This document shows positions 37,735 to 47,885 of a stretch of 64,000 nt of DNA, piece by piece. A program made the position numbers and the translations under genes. The stretch is taken from assembly GCA_965277715.1 (NCBI GenBank), contig OZ255836.1:3264001-3328000 (forward strand). The letters are read 5' to 3'. This DNA comes from Gammaproteobacteria bacterium. Lineage in GTDB: Bacteria > Pseudomonadota > Gammaproteobacteria > JBCCGL01. The notes beneath the pieces were generated by a model. That model was not told the DNA's origin and did not search any database. It saw only the letters and a list, made by a program, of their open reading frames with translations. Every line of letters starts with the position of its first letter. Positions within the stretch are counted from its first letter, which is position 1.

Positions 37735-38944
37735 CATTGCCAGGGTTTTATCCGCTGGTTTATTTGGTGCGGGGCTTATTGTCTTTCCCGCTTTTGTTGG
37801 TGCCGACTTTACTGAGAACCTGTCTGGTATGTTTGCGCTCGAATCGCGTCATTTTTTTGAGGCGCCCACGACTAATCGGCAACACAATGCCAACCTTTCC
37901 GGGTATGGGGAGTTTGAGTACTACCACGCGCTGGATGATGGCAAAAATAATTTTGTTATAACGCCTTTTTTTCGCCTGGATGAAAATGACAGCGAGAGAA
38001 CTCACGGTGATTTTCGTGAACTCGCCTGGCTCCATTATGCCGATAGCTTTGAACTGCGGGTGGGTATCAGCAAGGTCTTTTGGGGCGTTGCCGAATCGCG
38101 CCATCTGGTCGATATTATCAATCAGACAGACAGCATCGAAAATACCGATGGCGAGGATAAGCTTGGTCAGCCAATGGTGAATATCAGCTATCTGAGTGAC
38201 ACGGTGGGCACGTTTGATTTTTTTTTATTGCCGTATTTTCGCCAGCGCACTTTTGCGGGGATCAATGGCAGACCAGCACTGCCATTGCCTGTCGATACAG
38301 ATAACCCGGTGTATGAATCAGCGGATGAGGAAAAACATATCGACTTCGCTGTTCGCTGGAGCCACAGCATTGATATCTGGGATATTGGCCTCGCCTACTT
38401 TGACGGCACCGCACGGGAACCCCGCCTGGTTGCGGTTGCAGGACGGGTGAATAATGCGGCGGTATTGGTGCCGCATTACGACCAGATTGGGCAAATCAGC
38501 CTCGATGCGCAAGCGACCACCGAGGACTGGTTATGGAAAATTGAGGCCATTTACGTTGACACCCGCAGCCAGGCCAACTACGGGGCATCCGTCACTGGTT
38601 TTGAGTACACCTTTGTCGGTGTTTTTGATACGGCGGCTGATGTGGGTGTGATCGGTGAATACCTTTACGACCAGCGCGATGATACCCAAGTTTTTCAAAA
38701 TGACCTGCTGTTAGGTGTGCGCTGGGTGCTCAATGACGAAGCTTCCACCGAGCTATTGTTTGGGATTATTCAAGATCTGGAGGGGGGTGCGCGTAGCGTC
38801 AGCCTGGAGGCGGGTCGGCGCATTAGCGAACACGTCAAATTTTCTGCAGAATTGCGTTTAATCAATGATGCCGCAGAGGATGCCGTGCTGCGATTTGCTG
38901 AAAATGACAACTTGTTACAGCTTGAGCTGGGCTATTATTTTTAA
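37712..38944 (+). CDS. Hypothetical outer-membrane beta-barrel protein
   Basis: Signal-like N-terminus, FWGVAES..DIINQTD motif, C-terminal YYF; third gene of the MMPL/LolA-like operon. Confidence 0.65.
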   Translation: MYSSVPSSIARVLSAGLFGAGLIVFPAFVGADFTENLSGMFALESRHFFEAPTTNRQHNANLSGYGEFEYYHALDDGKNNFVITPFFRLDENDSERTHGDFRELAWLHYADSFELRVGISKVFWGVAESRHLVDIINQTDSIENTDGEDKLGQPMVNISYLSDTVGTFDFFLLPYFRQRTFAGINGRPALPLPVDTDNPVYESADEEKHIDFAVRWSHSIDIWDIGLAYFDGTAREPRLVAVAGRVNNAAVLVPHYDQIGQISLDAQATTEDWLWKIEAIYVDTRSQANYGASVTGFEYTFVGVFDTAADVGVIGEYLYDQRDDTQVFQNDLLLGVRWVLNDEASTELLFGIIQDLEGGARSVSLEAGRRISEHVKFSAELRLINDAAEDAVLRFAENDNLLQLELGYYF

Positions 38945-39001
38945 TTTTATATTCGTGCCCAACTGGCCACTACTCACTATTTGTTTTGATTTATAAATAA
39001 T

Positions 39002-39610
39002 TTATTCGACATGCGTCAGCGCAAACAGCACCCCCTTCTCCACCCACACATCGACACGCAACCCCTGCACGGTGATATCGACGGGCTGCTCCCCTTCCTC
39101 AAGTGTGGGAATCTCACTGAATAGCGCCGGGTCGTAGCGGGTCTGGTACAGTGATTGGATTTCCCCACTCGATACATCCCGGACGCGCAGTTGTGCAGAT
39201 GTTACCCCCTGAATTGAGCAGTAGCGGCCACCCAATAATTGTTTGCCCGCACCCGCCAGTAAACCAGGCTCAGCGAGTGAGAAGTCGAGGAGTTGAAAAA
39301 ATGACCGGATACCGTTGATACTACCTGCCTGTACCTCCAGCGGTTTCATGTTTAAATGGTTGCTGGCGACTTCATCGGCAAGCGCATGATTGATATTGTT
39401 CAGGGACAAACGGCTGGCCAGAAAGTAACCGCACAATGCCGAGATCAATATCATCGCCGCTACACTGGCAATTGAAAAGCGCCTACCCACCGGGTGTTTG
39501 TTTTGCCGGGCAGATGCTGCTTGGCGCGCCAGTAACTGGTGCAGGCGGTCATCGCTTAACTGCACATTGTCCAGTTCAGACTTTATTGCCTCTTTCAGCT
39601 TTTTATTCAT
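39002..39610 (-). CDS. Putative membrane-anchored anti-sigma factor
   Basis: Overlaps ECF sigma stop; single TM helix; EVASNH and LLGGRYCSIQG motifs. Confidence 0.6.
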   Translation of the reverse strand: MNKKLKEAIKSELDNVQLSDDRLHQLLARQAASARQNKHPVGRRFSIASVAAMILISALCGYFLASRLSLNNINHALADEVASNHLNMKPLEVQAGSINGIRSFFQLLDFSLAEPGLLAGAGKQLLGGRYCSIQGVTSAQLRVRDVSSGEIQSLYQTRYDPALFSEIPTLEEGEQPVDITVQGLRVDVWVEKGVLFALTHVE

Positions 39611-40113
39611 GCGCTGATCTCCCCAGCGGGCTGCTGGTAGGTTTGCCCATCAATGTCATTTTGTATTTTCTTGCGTATACGGTGAATTCTGGATAAAACA
39701 GTCCCACGTGGTATCGCCATAAAACGGGAAATTTCTGATGCACTGTACCCTTCAATCGCCCACAGGTAGAGTGTTTCTCTTTCTATCGGGTGTAGCGTGG
39801 CCATAATCTGATCGACCAGGCAGGTATCTATTACGATATTTTCCAGCGATCGGGTGTCAATATCCAATTGGCTGTGCTCATCCTGGTAACTCTCATGGTT
39901 GCGATAATGCGATTTTCTGACCCCATCGATATACCCGTTGCGTATTATTTGGCGGATGTAGTGCTTGTTACTATTGATCTCAGTATGCGTTGCGATGCCG
40001 CGCTTGAGAAATTTTTCCAGGGAGTCCTGCAATAAATCGTAAGCCTGATCTTCATCGCGCAGCAATGTATAACAATAACGGTACAACTGATTGAACTCGC
40101 TGGCGCTAAACAC
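39607..40113 (-). CDS. ECF RNA polymerase sigma factor
   Basis: LYRYCYTL..AYDLLQDS region 2; LWAIEGYSASEIS..IPRGTVLSRIHR region 4; probable GTG start at 40113 (ORF track begins at 40194). Confidence 0.88.
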   Translation of the reverse strand: MFSASEFNQLYRYCYTLLRDEDQAYDLLQDSLEKFLKRGIATHTEINSNKHYIRQIIRNGYIDGVRKSHYRNHESYQDEHSQLDIDTRSLENIVIDTCLVDQIMATLHPIERETLYLWAIEGYSASEISRFMAIPRGTVLSRIHRIRKKIQNDIDGQTYQQPAGEISA

Positions 40114-40897
40114 CGTCGGTAACCTGGTTGAATCCAGTAATGATGCCGTCATCAATAAACCGGGAGATGCATTTGTCCAGCTCGACATGATCATTACTGT
40201 GGCGGGCGAATAAATTGCTTAAAGCCATGCCGCCGTTGATATCAAATAATACGTCGAACAGGTCGGTAGTGAGCCTTTGCACACAAATGCGGTGTTCCTT
40301 TCTATAGACAATAAAACCGGCAGGCGCTTCGAGTGCAGGCACGTCGTGTGTGCCGATAGTTTGTGTGTTTGCTGTATAAATGGCATCCAGTGGGTACGGT
40401 GAGCGAATAAAATGTAAAGAGTAACTGCAATAAAAAATAATATCGCTACACAAGGGTTTTTGTATCAGCGAGGCCAATGTTTGATAATCGAAAAAACTAT
40501 CATCTTCGGCAAAATACGCATTGTGTCGGCACCACTCCAATACCGCTAAATCCGCCAGGTATTTAAAATCCTGTAAGTCAGTTTGTTGTTGTATCAAAAC
40601 ATCGATAAACGAGGGAAAGGCTTCCCCATAGCGATTTAAGTCACTGCACGATGATGCCTGCCGGGCAAAATAAGCCGATGCCATTTGCTGGAAATAATTT
40701 TCACCGACAATTTTTTTTATCACCGGGTAAATTTGCCGCAACGCCTCAATGTGAGCGCCGCGAATATTGTTTCTGTAAATTGCCATCTGGCGCACAGCAC
40801 TGAGCGCATGGGTGGGCGATAGGCAATCGGTAAAATCGCTGCCCTCACCCGTCGAAAAAAATGCATCGAGTAGCGATGATTGTAGTGTGGTCAACAT
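40106..40897 (-). CDS. bufC: DUF2063 / BufC-like MNIO partner protein
   Basis: MAIYRNNI..ALRQIYPVI..IVGENYF..YGEAF..YLADLAVLEW..AYFA. Confidence 0.8.
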   Translation of the reverse strand: MLTTLQSSLLDAFFSTGEGSDFTDCLSPTHALSAVRQMAIYRNNIRGAHIEALRQIYPVIKKIVGENYFQQMASAYFARQASSCSDLNRYGEAFPSFIDVLIQQQTDLQDFKYLADLAVLEWCRHNAYFAEDDSFFDYQTLASLIQKPLCSDIIFYCSYSLHFIRSPYPLDAIYTANTQTIGTHDVPALEAPAGFIVYRKEHRICVQRLTTDLFDVLFDINGGMALSNLFARHSNDHVELDKCISRFIDDGIITGFNQVTDGV

Positions 40898-40906
40898 AAT
40901 GTCTGA

Positions 40907-41746
40907 TCAACTATCCAGCACTGCCCTGGCTTTATCCACTTCAGCCAGCAGTGTCGCCAATGGTGGTATATCGTTATCCCATTCAATCAGCGTCGGCACG
41001 TTGGGCGCGCGCTGCATGAGCCGTTGGTAGAGTTGCCAAACGGCAGGCGCGACGGGGTTATTGTGCGCATCCAGCAGAAAATCCTCTTTTTCCTGAAAAC
41101 CGGCCAAATGCACTTCCCCAACCCGCGCAAGGGGTAGCTCATCGATAAATTTTTCACCATCGATACCGTGGTTGACCTGGTTGACGTAGATATTGTTCAC
41201 ATCGACCAGGAGCGCACAGTCGGCGCGCTCTGCCACCTCGAAAAAAAAGTCACGCTCATCGATCACACTGGCGGTGTAGTGTAAGTAGGCGGATACATTT
41301 TCCACCAGAATCTGTTGACCGAAAAAATCCTGCACCTGGCTGATTCTGTCGGCATAGTGCTGTAGGCACTGCTGTGTGTACGGCAGCGGTATTAAATCGT
41401 GGGTGTAACGGCCCTGTGCCGATGTGAAGCACAGATGGTCAGACACCCAATGGGCGTTTACCCGTTGTGCCAGGGCGGCGATTTTACCCAGATACCCGGT
41501 ATCCAGCGGGTCACTGCCGCCGAGTGACATACCCACACAATGCAAGGTGAGTGGGTATTGCCCGGCCACTTCGTCAAGCATGGCGCAATCCAGACCACCC
41601 GCCGCCAGGTGGTTATCCGCGAGTAACTCCAGCCAGGGCACGGTTGGTGGCTCGGTTAAAATCTCGCGCATATGCACTGCGCGCAGGCCGATACCCACAC
41701 CGGATATCGACCTGTTTACAGGCAGCGTCTGTGCTGCGATGGCCAC
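40907..41746 (-). CDS. bufB: DUF692 multinuclear non-heme iron oxidative enzyme (MNIO), BufB-like
   Basis: GIGLRAVH, HCVGMSLG, SDHLC, HDLIPLPY, ENVSAY, DVNNIYVN, EVHLAG, DAH, LIEWD. Confidence 0.92.
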   Translation of the reverse strand: MAIAAQTLPVNRSISGVGIGLRAVHMREILTEPPTVPWLELLADNHLAAGGLDCAMLDEVAGQYPLTLHCVGMSLGGSDPLDTGYLGKIAALAQRVNAHWVSDHLCFTSAQGRYTHDLIPLPYTQQCLQHYADRISQVQDFFGQQILVENVSAYLHYTASVIDERDFFFEVAERADCALLVDVNNIYVNQVNHGIDGEKFIDELPLARVGEVHLAGFQEKEDFLLDAHNNPVAPAVWQLYQRLMQRAPNVPTLIEWDNDIPPLATLLAEVDKARAVLDS

Positions 41747-42036
41747 TAACTGGCGGCGGGTTTAACCGCTGCGACGATACCGCCGGAAATTTTAGTGCAA
41801 GTGCCTTCGGGCACATAAACCCATTCATTGGCTGAATTGCTTACCGTCGCCTGGCCCGCGCAGCCATGCTTGCCATCCAGTGCACCGCAGTCGTTCAGCC
41901 CCGCTTTGGCGATACCGGCACATTTCTCCCAGTTTTTGGGTGCACCGGGCACCGCGTGTGCATTGCTGGCGATAGCGACAGTGCCAAGGGCAACGATGCC
42001 CGCAAGAGTTGATTGTATTGTTTCACGCTTGTTCAT
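41746..42036 (-). CDS. bufA1: DUF2282 / BufA1-type bufferin precursor peptide
   Basis: Signal peptide, then EKCAGIAKAGLNDC...HGCAGQA...WVYVPEGTCTKI (4 Cys, conserved Trp); directly upstream of the MNIO gene. Confidence 0.88.
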   Translation of the reverse strand: MNKRETIQSTLAGIVALGTVAIASNAHAVPGAPKNWEKCAGIAKAGLNDCGALDGKHGCAGQATVSNSANEWVYVPEGTCTKISGGIVAAVKPAAS

Positions 42037-42095
42037 TGTCTATTCCTCTTGGATACAGTGTGTGATTTTTAACAGTGTTTGTGGCCACATACTCC

Positions 42096-42124
42096 TAGAC
42101 GTATGAGAGGAAGGTTTGATTGCA
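42096..42124 (-). promoter_or_regulatory. Possible ECF-type promoter of the buf operon
   Basis: TGCAATC-N16-CGTCTA on the minus strand, ~60 nt upstream of the precursor start. Confidence 0.35.
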
Positions 42125-42298
42125 GAGAGGAGCGAATTAAGTGAAATCGAGTCTGCGGAATTTAGGATTAAGTATTTTTGCGGGAAAATGCCCGCACTTG
42201 CCCTTTGCTGTGTGGGCTGATAGCAATGAACAAATCTATCTCAGCCGGAACCTCTGTAAATACTATAGGGGCCTTATATGTCAATTGTATTGAACTAT

Positions 42299-43099
42299 TT
42301 ACAACCCAAAAACCAATAACAATACTCCACCGAGTGCAATACGGTAAACAACAAACGGCAACATACCGATTTGCTGTATCCACTTGAGAAAAAAGTGGAT
42401 ACAAATAAATGCACAGGCGCCGGATACCAGCGTCCCTAAACCCAGTGAAACCCAGTCCACCGTCTGTGTTGTTATCAACAGGTCTTTACTGACCAGCCCG
42501 GCAGACAACAAAATAACCGGAATAGACAATAAAAAAGAAAACCGCGCCGCCACTTCGCGCTCAAAGCCGAGCATTAACGCCGCTGTCATAGTGATACCGG
42601 AGCGCGATGTACCCGGAATCAATGCCAGAACCTGGGCAACACCGATCAATAAATAGTGTCGCCAACTCATCTGCGCCTCACTGTAACGGCGCCTGGCAAA
42701 CGCATCGGCGGCCCATAACAACAGCCCAAATAAAATGGTCGCCCAGGCAATCACCAGCGGTGAGCGCAGGTCGCTCTCGATATACCCTTTGAGCAATAAA
42801 CCGGCAAGACACACCGGCACCGTGGCCAGTGCGATACCCCAGGCGAGCTTTGCCTCAGCGTCGACACCCCGACCGAGCAATGAATAAAACCAGGCCACTA
42901 ACATCGTCGAAATCTGCTGGCGAAAATACACCATCACGGCGATCAAGGTGCCGAGGTGTACCGCCACATCAAATTCAAGCCCCTGATCCGGCCAGCCAAC
43001 CAATGGTGGTATAAGGATGAGGTGCGCCGAGCTGGAAATGGGTAAAAATTCCGTCAGGCCCTGAACAATCGCCAGGATAATGATTTGAATAGTGTCCAT
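42299..43099 (-). CDS. uppP: Undecaprenyl-diphosphate phosphatase
   Basis: VQGLTEFLPISSSAHL, PGTSRSGIT, ARFSFLLSIP. Confidence 0.95.
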   Translation of the reverse strand: MDTIQIIILAIVQGLTEFLPISSSAHLILIPPLVGWPDQGLEFDVAVHLGTLIAVMVYFRQQISTMLVAWFYSLLGRGVDAEAKLAWGIALATVPVCLAGLLLKGYIESDLRSPLVIAWATILFGLLLWAADAFARRRYSEAQMSWRHYLLIGVAQVLALIPGTSRSGITMTAALMLGFEREVAARFSFLLSIPVILLSAGLVSKDLLITTQTVDWVSLGLGTLVSGACAFICIHFFLKWIQQIGMLPFVVYRIALGGVLLLVFGL

Positions 43100-43149
43100 T
43101 GTGTATCTGTTGGCCTGGTTAATTGACTGGGGGATTGATTGCGGATTGA

Positions 43150-44331
43150 TTACAGGCGGTGGGTTCGGTCGTTGAGCGCAAAACCACGCAATGGCCCGTT
43201 CAATATAGCGGGCATATTTTTTGAAAACCCGATAACATTAAATGCCTCACCCATTTGTCCCGGTAGGGTGAGTTGTTGCACTTGCCTCGACAAAATTAAA
43301 CGCCGCACATCATCCGCCTGGGCCATTGCCGCCTCAACCAACACAGCTAAATCACAGTTAAACAGAAACTGCTGCTGGCTGATAAACCCCTCCAGTGACA
43401 TACCTGCTTGCGTGCCCGCTTCGGCAACTGCGGTGAAGTCGACATGGGCGGTAATATCCTGCAGACCGGGATAGAGATAGGGGTCATCGTGGGCGCGGTG
43501 CTGGTAATAGCACCGCAAAGTGCCCGCTGCCCGCATGGGATGATAATAGCTGTCTCTTGGGTAGCCGTAGTCGATCAACAGTAAAACAGTGGATTCTGCC
43601 GCCTGCGCAAAGCCACTGAACCAGGCGGGAAGTAATGGGTTAATTTCGGCGCTGAAGCCTTCTGGCCAACTATCGCTGCCATGTGTATGGATATTCGCCA
43701 CGGCGGCGGCCAGCGGGGCATCGGCGCTGGCAAATGACTCGACAAGCTTACCCGCTGCGCAGCTCACCCGTACCTGTTCAACCTTACCCGCCCGCCAGCG
43801 AAAACGCTCAATCGGCATGGCATCCAGTATTTCATTGCCAAGGGCAACGCCGCGAAAGTGCGTTGGCCAGGCGTCCAGCCAGCTAACGCGCTCAAGCAAA
43901 TGGGGCGCTTTTGCCGCAAGGGTTTGCCGTTGTAGTTGGCGCAGATCAGGGCTTAATTCGAGGATTAAGTAGCGGGTTGGCAGGCAGTCGAGGGTGTCCA
44001 GTCGCAGTAGCATACCGGCGGCCAGTGCGCCGGTTCCGGCGCCAAATTCCAGCACATCGCCACCGCCCAGCGCCATTAATACCTCCTGTGCCTGGTGTGC
44101 CAGGCACTGCGCAAACAGAGGGGATAGCTCCGGTGCGGTGACAAAGTCACCGCCCTCACCAAATTTGCGCAGGCCACTGACGTAGTAGCCCAGGCCCGGT
44201 GCATATAAAGCCTCCTGCATATACGCCATAAACGACAAACTGCCATCGCGGGCAATTATTTCGCATAGCTGCGCCACCAGGCGCTCACTGCGCAATAACA
44301 ACCGCTTATCTGGTACTGGTAACCCGCTCAC
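43150..44331 (-). CDS. SAM-dependent methyltransferase, MidA/NDUFAF7 family
   Basis: ALYAPGLGYY, GDFVTAPE, EFGAGTG, NEILDAMP, IDYG, QDITAHVDF. Confidence 0.88.
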   Translation of the reverse strand: MSGLPVPDKRLLLRSERLVAQLCEIIARDGSLSFMAYMQEALYAPGLGYYVSGLRKFGEGGDFVTAPELSPLFAQCLAHQAQEVLMALGGGDVLEFGAGTGALAAGMLLRLDTLDCLPTRYLILELSPDLRQLQRQTLAAKAPHLLERVSWLDAWPTHFRGVALGNEILDAMPIERFRWRAGKVEQVRVSCAAGKLVESFASADAPLAAAVANIHTHGSDSWPEGFSAEINPLLPAWFSGFAQAAESTVLLLIDYGYPRDSYYHPMRAAGTLRCYYQHRAHDDPYLYPGLQDITAHVDFTAVAEAGTQAGMSLEGFISQQQFLFNCDLAVLVEAAMAQADDVRRLILSRQVQQLTLPGQMGEAFNVIGFSKNMPAILNGPLRGFALNDRTHRL

Positions 44332-44367
44332 TTTACAATGCTCGCTCGCTCGCTGTGGTATTGGTTA

Positions 44368-45120
44368 ATGAACAAATCTGCGCTACCCGCACATTTTCTA
44401 CAGGGCAAAACGGTATTAATCACCGGCGCGGCAAAACGTATCGGTGCGCACATCGCCCGCTGTGCACACCGTGCCGGGGCAAACATTGCCCTGCACTACC
44501 GTCACTCGCATGGCCACGCCAACCAATTGGCCCGCGAGCTGGAAGCCGGGCGTGATGATTCGGTGGAATTGATTCAGGCGGATCTACTCGATAAGGCATC
44601 GCCACAGCGTATTGTCGAGCAGGCCGTGGCGCGCTGGAAAACCCTGGATGTGCTGGTCAATAACGCCTCGGCATTCTACCCCACTCCGCTGGGCAGTATC
44701 GACGAAAAGTGCTGGGATGAACTGCTTGGCAGCAACCTTAAAGCCCCCTTGTTTATTAGCCAGGCAGCGGCGCCCTGGCTGCGCCAGACACACGGCTGCA
44801 TTATTAATATGGTCGACATCCACGCGCAGCGGGCACTTGATGACCACCTGGTTTACTGCGCCGCCAAAGCGGGTTTGGTGATGCTGACACAATCGCTGGC
44901 CAAAGCGCTGGCACCGCAGGTGCGGGTTAATGCCCTGGCACCCGGCGCTATTTTACCGCCAGGTGAACGCACAGAAATGCCCACCGAAACCAGCGCTGCA
45001 ATTCCCCTGCAACGCGTGGGCACGCTTGACGACATTGCCAATACGGTGCTTTTTTTAGCTCAACCATCAAGCTATTTAACCGGGCAGGTTATTGCGGTGG
45101 ATGGTGGTAAGTCATTGTAA
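44368..45120 (+). CDS. folM: Pteridine reductase (SDR, FolM-like)
   Basis: TGAAKRIG, LVNNASAFY, MVDIH, YCAAK; adjacent to folK/folB. Confidence 0.8.
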   Translation: MNKSALPAHFLQGKTVLITGAAKRIGAHIARCAHRAGANIALHYRHSHGHANQLARELEAGRDDSVELIQADLLDKASPQRIVEQAVARWKTLDVLVNNASAFYPTPLGSIDEKCWDELLGSNLKAPLFISQAAAPWLRQTHGCIINMVDIHAQRALDDHLVYCAAKAGLVMLTQSLAKALAPQVRVNALAPGAILPPGERTEMPTETSAAIPLQRVGTLDDIANTVLFLAQPSSYLTGQVIAVDGGKSL

Positions 45121-45141
45121 TTTTGAAGCGCACAGAAGCGA

Positions 45142-45681
45142 TCAGAATGAAAGTGGTATCTGCCTGATACTGCCGACCTCTTGTGGGTTTTTCCGGCAAA
45201 ACTGCTGCCACAACGTACCGATAGGCTGCGCACACTGCGGGTGGATCACATCGGCGGCAATATCGGCCAGCGGCGCCAGTACAAACGCATATTCGATGAT
45301 CTCGCTGCGCGGGAGTTGCAGCCCTGCCTGGTCACATACCACATCGGCGTACAGCAATATATCAATATCCAGCGTGCGCGCTGCAAAGCGTTGCTGCTGG
45401 CGCTGTCTGCCGTGTTGTTTTTCTATATTGTGTAAAACAGGCCGTATCGCCTGTAGCGTGCTTGCAGTGGAAACGTGTGCCGCCAGATTGAGAAAATCCT
45501 CACCGTCAAAGCCGACCGCCGGGGTTTGGTAGACAGGTGATAGAACCAACCCACCGAACGCATCGCGCAGCGCCTGCACGCAGCCGCGCAGATTATTTGG
45601 CGCATCGATATTACTGCCCAGGCTGAGGTAAACATCTTGCCTGTTGCTGGGACTCCTCCGACTTTGGATTGATTGGCACAT
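45142..45681 (-). CDS. folK: 2-amino-4-hydroxy-6-hydroxymethyldihydropteridine diphosphokinase
   Basis: YLSLGSNI, DFLN, RTLDIDILLY, FVLAPLADI. Confidence 0.92.
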   Translation of the reverse strand: MCQSIQSRRSPSNRQDVYLSLGSNIDAPNNLRGCVQALRDAFGGLVLSPVYQTPAVGFDGEDFLNLAAHVSTASTLQAIRPVLHNIEKQHGRQRQQQRFAARTLDIDILLYADVVCDQAGLQLPRSEIIEYAFVLAPLADIAADVIHPQCAQPIGTLWQQFCRKNPQEVGSIRQIPLSF

Positions 45682-45826
45682 GAAATAATCTATAGGTATA
45701 GAGAGTAACGTATTAAAAAATAGCCCATTAACCAAAAACCAACGGTACACAAGGTGATAGTCGAGCCCGGTTGAGTGTCACTTACAGTGCGCTATATAAA
45801 GAAGTTAATCCAGGGGGCGTTCTAGA

Positions 45827-46183
45827 TTAAACACGTACACCGCGTTCAATAATAATACCGACATCTTTGGCACCACGTACCGCGCCTGGCTTATGCAGCG
45901 TCAACCTGACCCAGGGCAGTGAAAACTCATCGAGCACCAGCGCGGCAACCTGCTCTGCCATCGTTTCAACTAAAAAGAACTCACTACTGCCAATAAAATC
46001 GATCAATCGCTTGGCGACATCTTTGTAACTCGGTGTGTACTCAATACTGTCGGTCTCTGCGGCTTTGCGGATATCCGTACCCATTTCCAGATCAACACTG
46101 ACCGTTTGCCGGGTTGTTCGCTCCCAATCGTAAATGCCGATGATCGTCTCAACCCGCAGATCGTGTATGAAAATAACATCCAT
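45827..46183 (-). CDS. folB: Dihydroneopterin aldolase
   Basis: IGIYDWER..Q, FFLVETMAE, KPGAV..VGIIIER. Confidence 0.95.
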   Translation of the reverse strand: MDVIFIHDLRVETIIGIYDWERTTRQTVSVDLEMGTDIRKAAETDSIEYTPSYKDVAKRLIDFIGSSEFFLVETMAEQVAALVLDEFSLPWVRLTLHKPGAVRGAKDVGIIIERGVRV

Positions 46184-46353
46184 AAACCGCTAATACTCGC
46201 TATAAAACCTGAATATAATGGAATTTTCACACATTGCGCGACAAAATAGGGAATAAATGATCATCGGTGCAATAAATTGCAATGGGCCTTGCACAGAGCG
46301 CCTTCATCGCCTAAAATTCCGCGCTTTTGCAAATGCAGCACCCGGAGAGGGCT

Positions 46354-46590
46354 ATGTCCAGAGTTTGTCAGGTAACCGGCAAAAAGCCGATGAGCGGAAA
46401 CAACGTATCACACGCTCACAACAAAACCCGTCGGCGGTTTCTGCCCAATTTGCACACACACCGGTTTTGGGTGGAAAGTGAAAACCGCTTTATAAAACTG
46501 CGTGTATCCAGTAACGGTATGCGCACCATCGACAAAAATGGTATCGACGCAGTACTCGCCGACATCCGTAAACGCGGCGAAAGCCTGTAA
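46354..46590 (+). CDS. rpmB: 50S ribosomal protein L28
   Basis: [33 protein letters not shown]. Confidence 0.97.
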   Translation: MSRVCQVTGKKPMSGNNVSHAHNKTRRRFLPNLHTHRFWVESENRFIKLRVSSNGMRTIDKNGIDAVLADIRKRGESL

Positions 46591-46600
46591 GGGGAACCCC

Positions 46601-46756
46601 ATGAGAGACAAAATCAAAATGGTATCCAGTGCGGGCACTGGTCACTTCTACACCACCACCAAAAACAAACGCACCATGAGCGAAAAGCTCGAAATGAAAA
46701 AGTTTGATCCCAAAGTGCGCCAACATGTAATGTACAAAGAAGCCAAAATCAAATAA
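46601..46756 (+). CDS. rpmG: 50S ribosomal protein L33
   Basis: [24 protein letters not shown]...[18 protein letters not shown]. Confidence 0.97.
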   Translation: MRDKIKMVSSAGTGHFYTTTKNKRTMSEKLEMKKFDPKVRQHVMYKEAKIK

Positions 46757-46958
46757 CCAAACAACTTTAGATTAGCAAGAAGGCGCAAATCTATACTACC
46801 AGTAGTCAGCATCAGCCTGTTTTCCACAGAAACAGTTGGCGCACACCTCTATTCGTTAATAAGACACTCTTACGGCCTGTACCGCACTCATCTGCTGAAA
46901 CCGCCGTAACCCCTCATGTAATAACAACCCGGATAACCTTTTGCCAGCACACTATTAT

Positions 46959-47079
46959 CCTAAATTCCGCAGTTGAATCTACTGCGACCACCTAGTGCAC
47001 AGAATCTAAAGCGCTTTTACCAGCATTTCAGCTTCAGCACCTTAGACGCCCTCGCTACAATTCAACTGCGGAATTTAGG
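46959..47079. mobile_element. 121-bp MITE, copy 2
   Basis: Perfect 20-bp TIRs CCTAAATTCCGCAGTTGAAT; 5-bp direct repeat ATTAT on both sides. Confidence 0.9.
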
Positions 47080-47146
47080 ATTATGGATATAAGTGGTAAG
47101 GTATCACAGTGATAACTACTGTCTGTTTGCACTCACTAAAGACCCC

Positions 47147-47848
47147 ATGACAACTGCACACTCTCCTATCCCTACCGCACTCGACACAGTACACCGCAAT
47201 ATAATTGACTGCGAAACCCGCTTTAAACGGACAGCGGGCAGTGTACGCCTGATTGCTGTCAGCAAAACCAAACCTGCTGCCCATATTCAGGCTGCTATCG
47301 CGTGTGGGCAACGCGATTTTGGTGAAAATTACCTGGATGAAGCACTGGAAAAAATTGCCCAACTCAGCGGTAGCGACTGCTGCTGGCACTTTATCGGCAG
47401 TATTCAATCCAACAAAACCCGCCATGTGGCGGCACATTTTGATTGGGCACACTGTATTGATCGCGAAAAAATTGCCCGGCGTTTATCACAGCAACGCCCG
47501 GTACACCTGCCACCCCTCAATGTGTGCATTCAGGTCAATATCGACGCCGAAGCCAGTAAGTCCGGCGTCTCTGCCGATGAGGCGCTATTACTGGCTGATA
47601 AAATCAGCCCGTTACCCAATATTCGTCTGCGTGGTTTGATGGCGATTCCCAGCCTCGCGCAAAACCTGGATGAGCAACGCAAGCCATTCGCCCGTATGCG
47701 GGCATTGTTTGAAACAATACAGCACACCCATGCACAGATGGACACACTGTCGATGGGCATGAGTGGCGACCTCGCTGCGGCGATTGCAGAAGGTGCCACG
47801 ATGGTGCGCATTGGCACCGCTATTTTTGGCGCCCGCCCGGTAAAATAA
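47147..47848 (+). CDS. yggS: PLP homeostasis protein, YggS family
   Basis: LIAVSKTKP, FGENY, WHFIGSIQSNK, LSMGMSGD, VRIGTAIFG. Confidence 0.95.
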   Translation: MTTAHSPIPTALDTVHRNIIDCETRFKRTAGSVRLIAVSKTKPAAHIQAAIACGQRDFGENYLDEALEKIAQLSGSDCCWHFIGSIQSNKTRHVAAHFDWAHCIDREKIARRLSQQRPVHLPPLNVCIQVNIDAEASKSGVSADEALLLADKISPLPNIRLRGLMAIPSLAQNLDEQRKPFARMRALFETIQHTHAQMDTLSMGMSGDLAAAIAEGATMVRIGTAIFGARPVK

Positions 47849-47885
47849 GGCACATCCTGCATTTATTTCGCTACACTTTGGCATT

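Noticed and set aside
46757-46958. Intergenic DNA after rpmG as a possible ncRNA or tRNA
   Set aside because: No cloverleaf or recognisable RNA-family motif seen by eye; an Rfam scan would be needed
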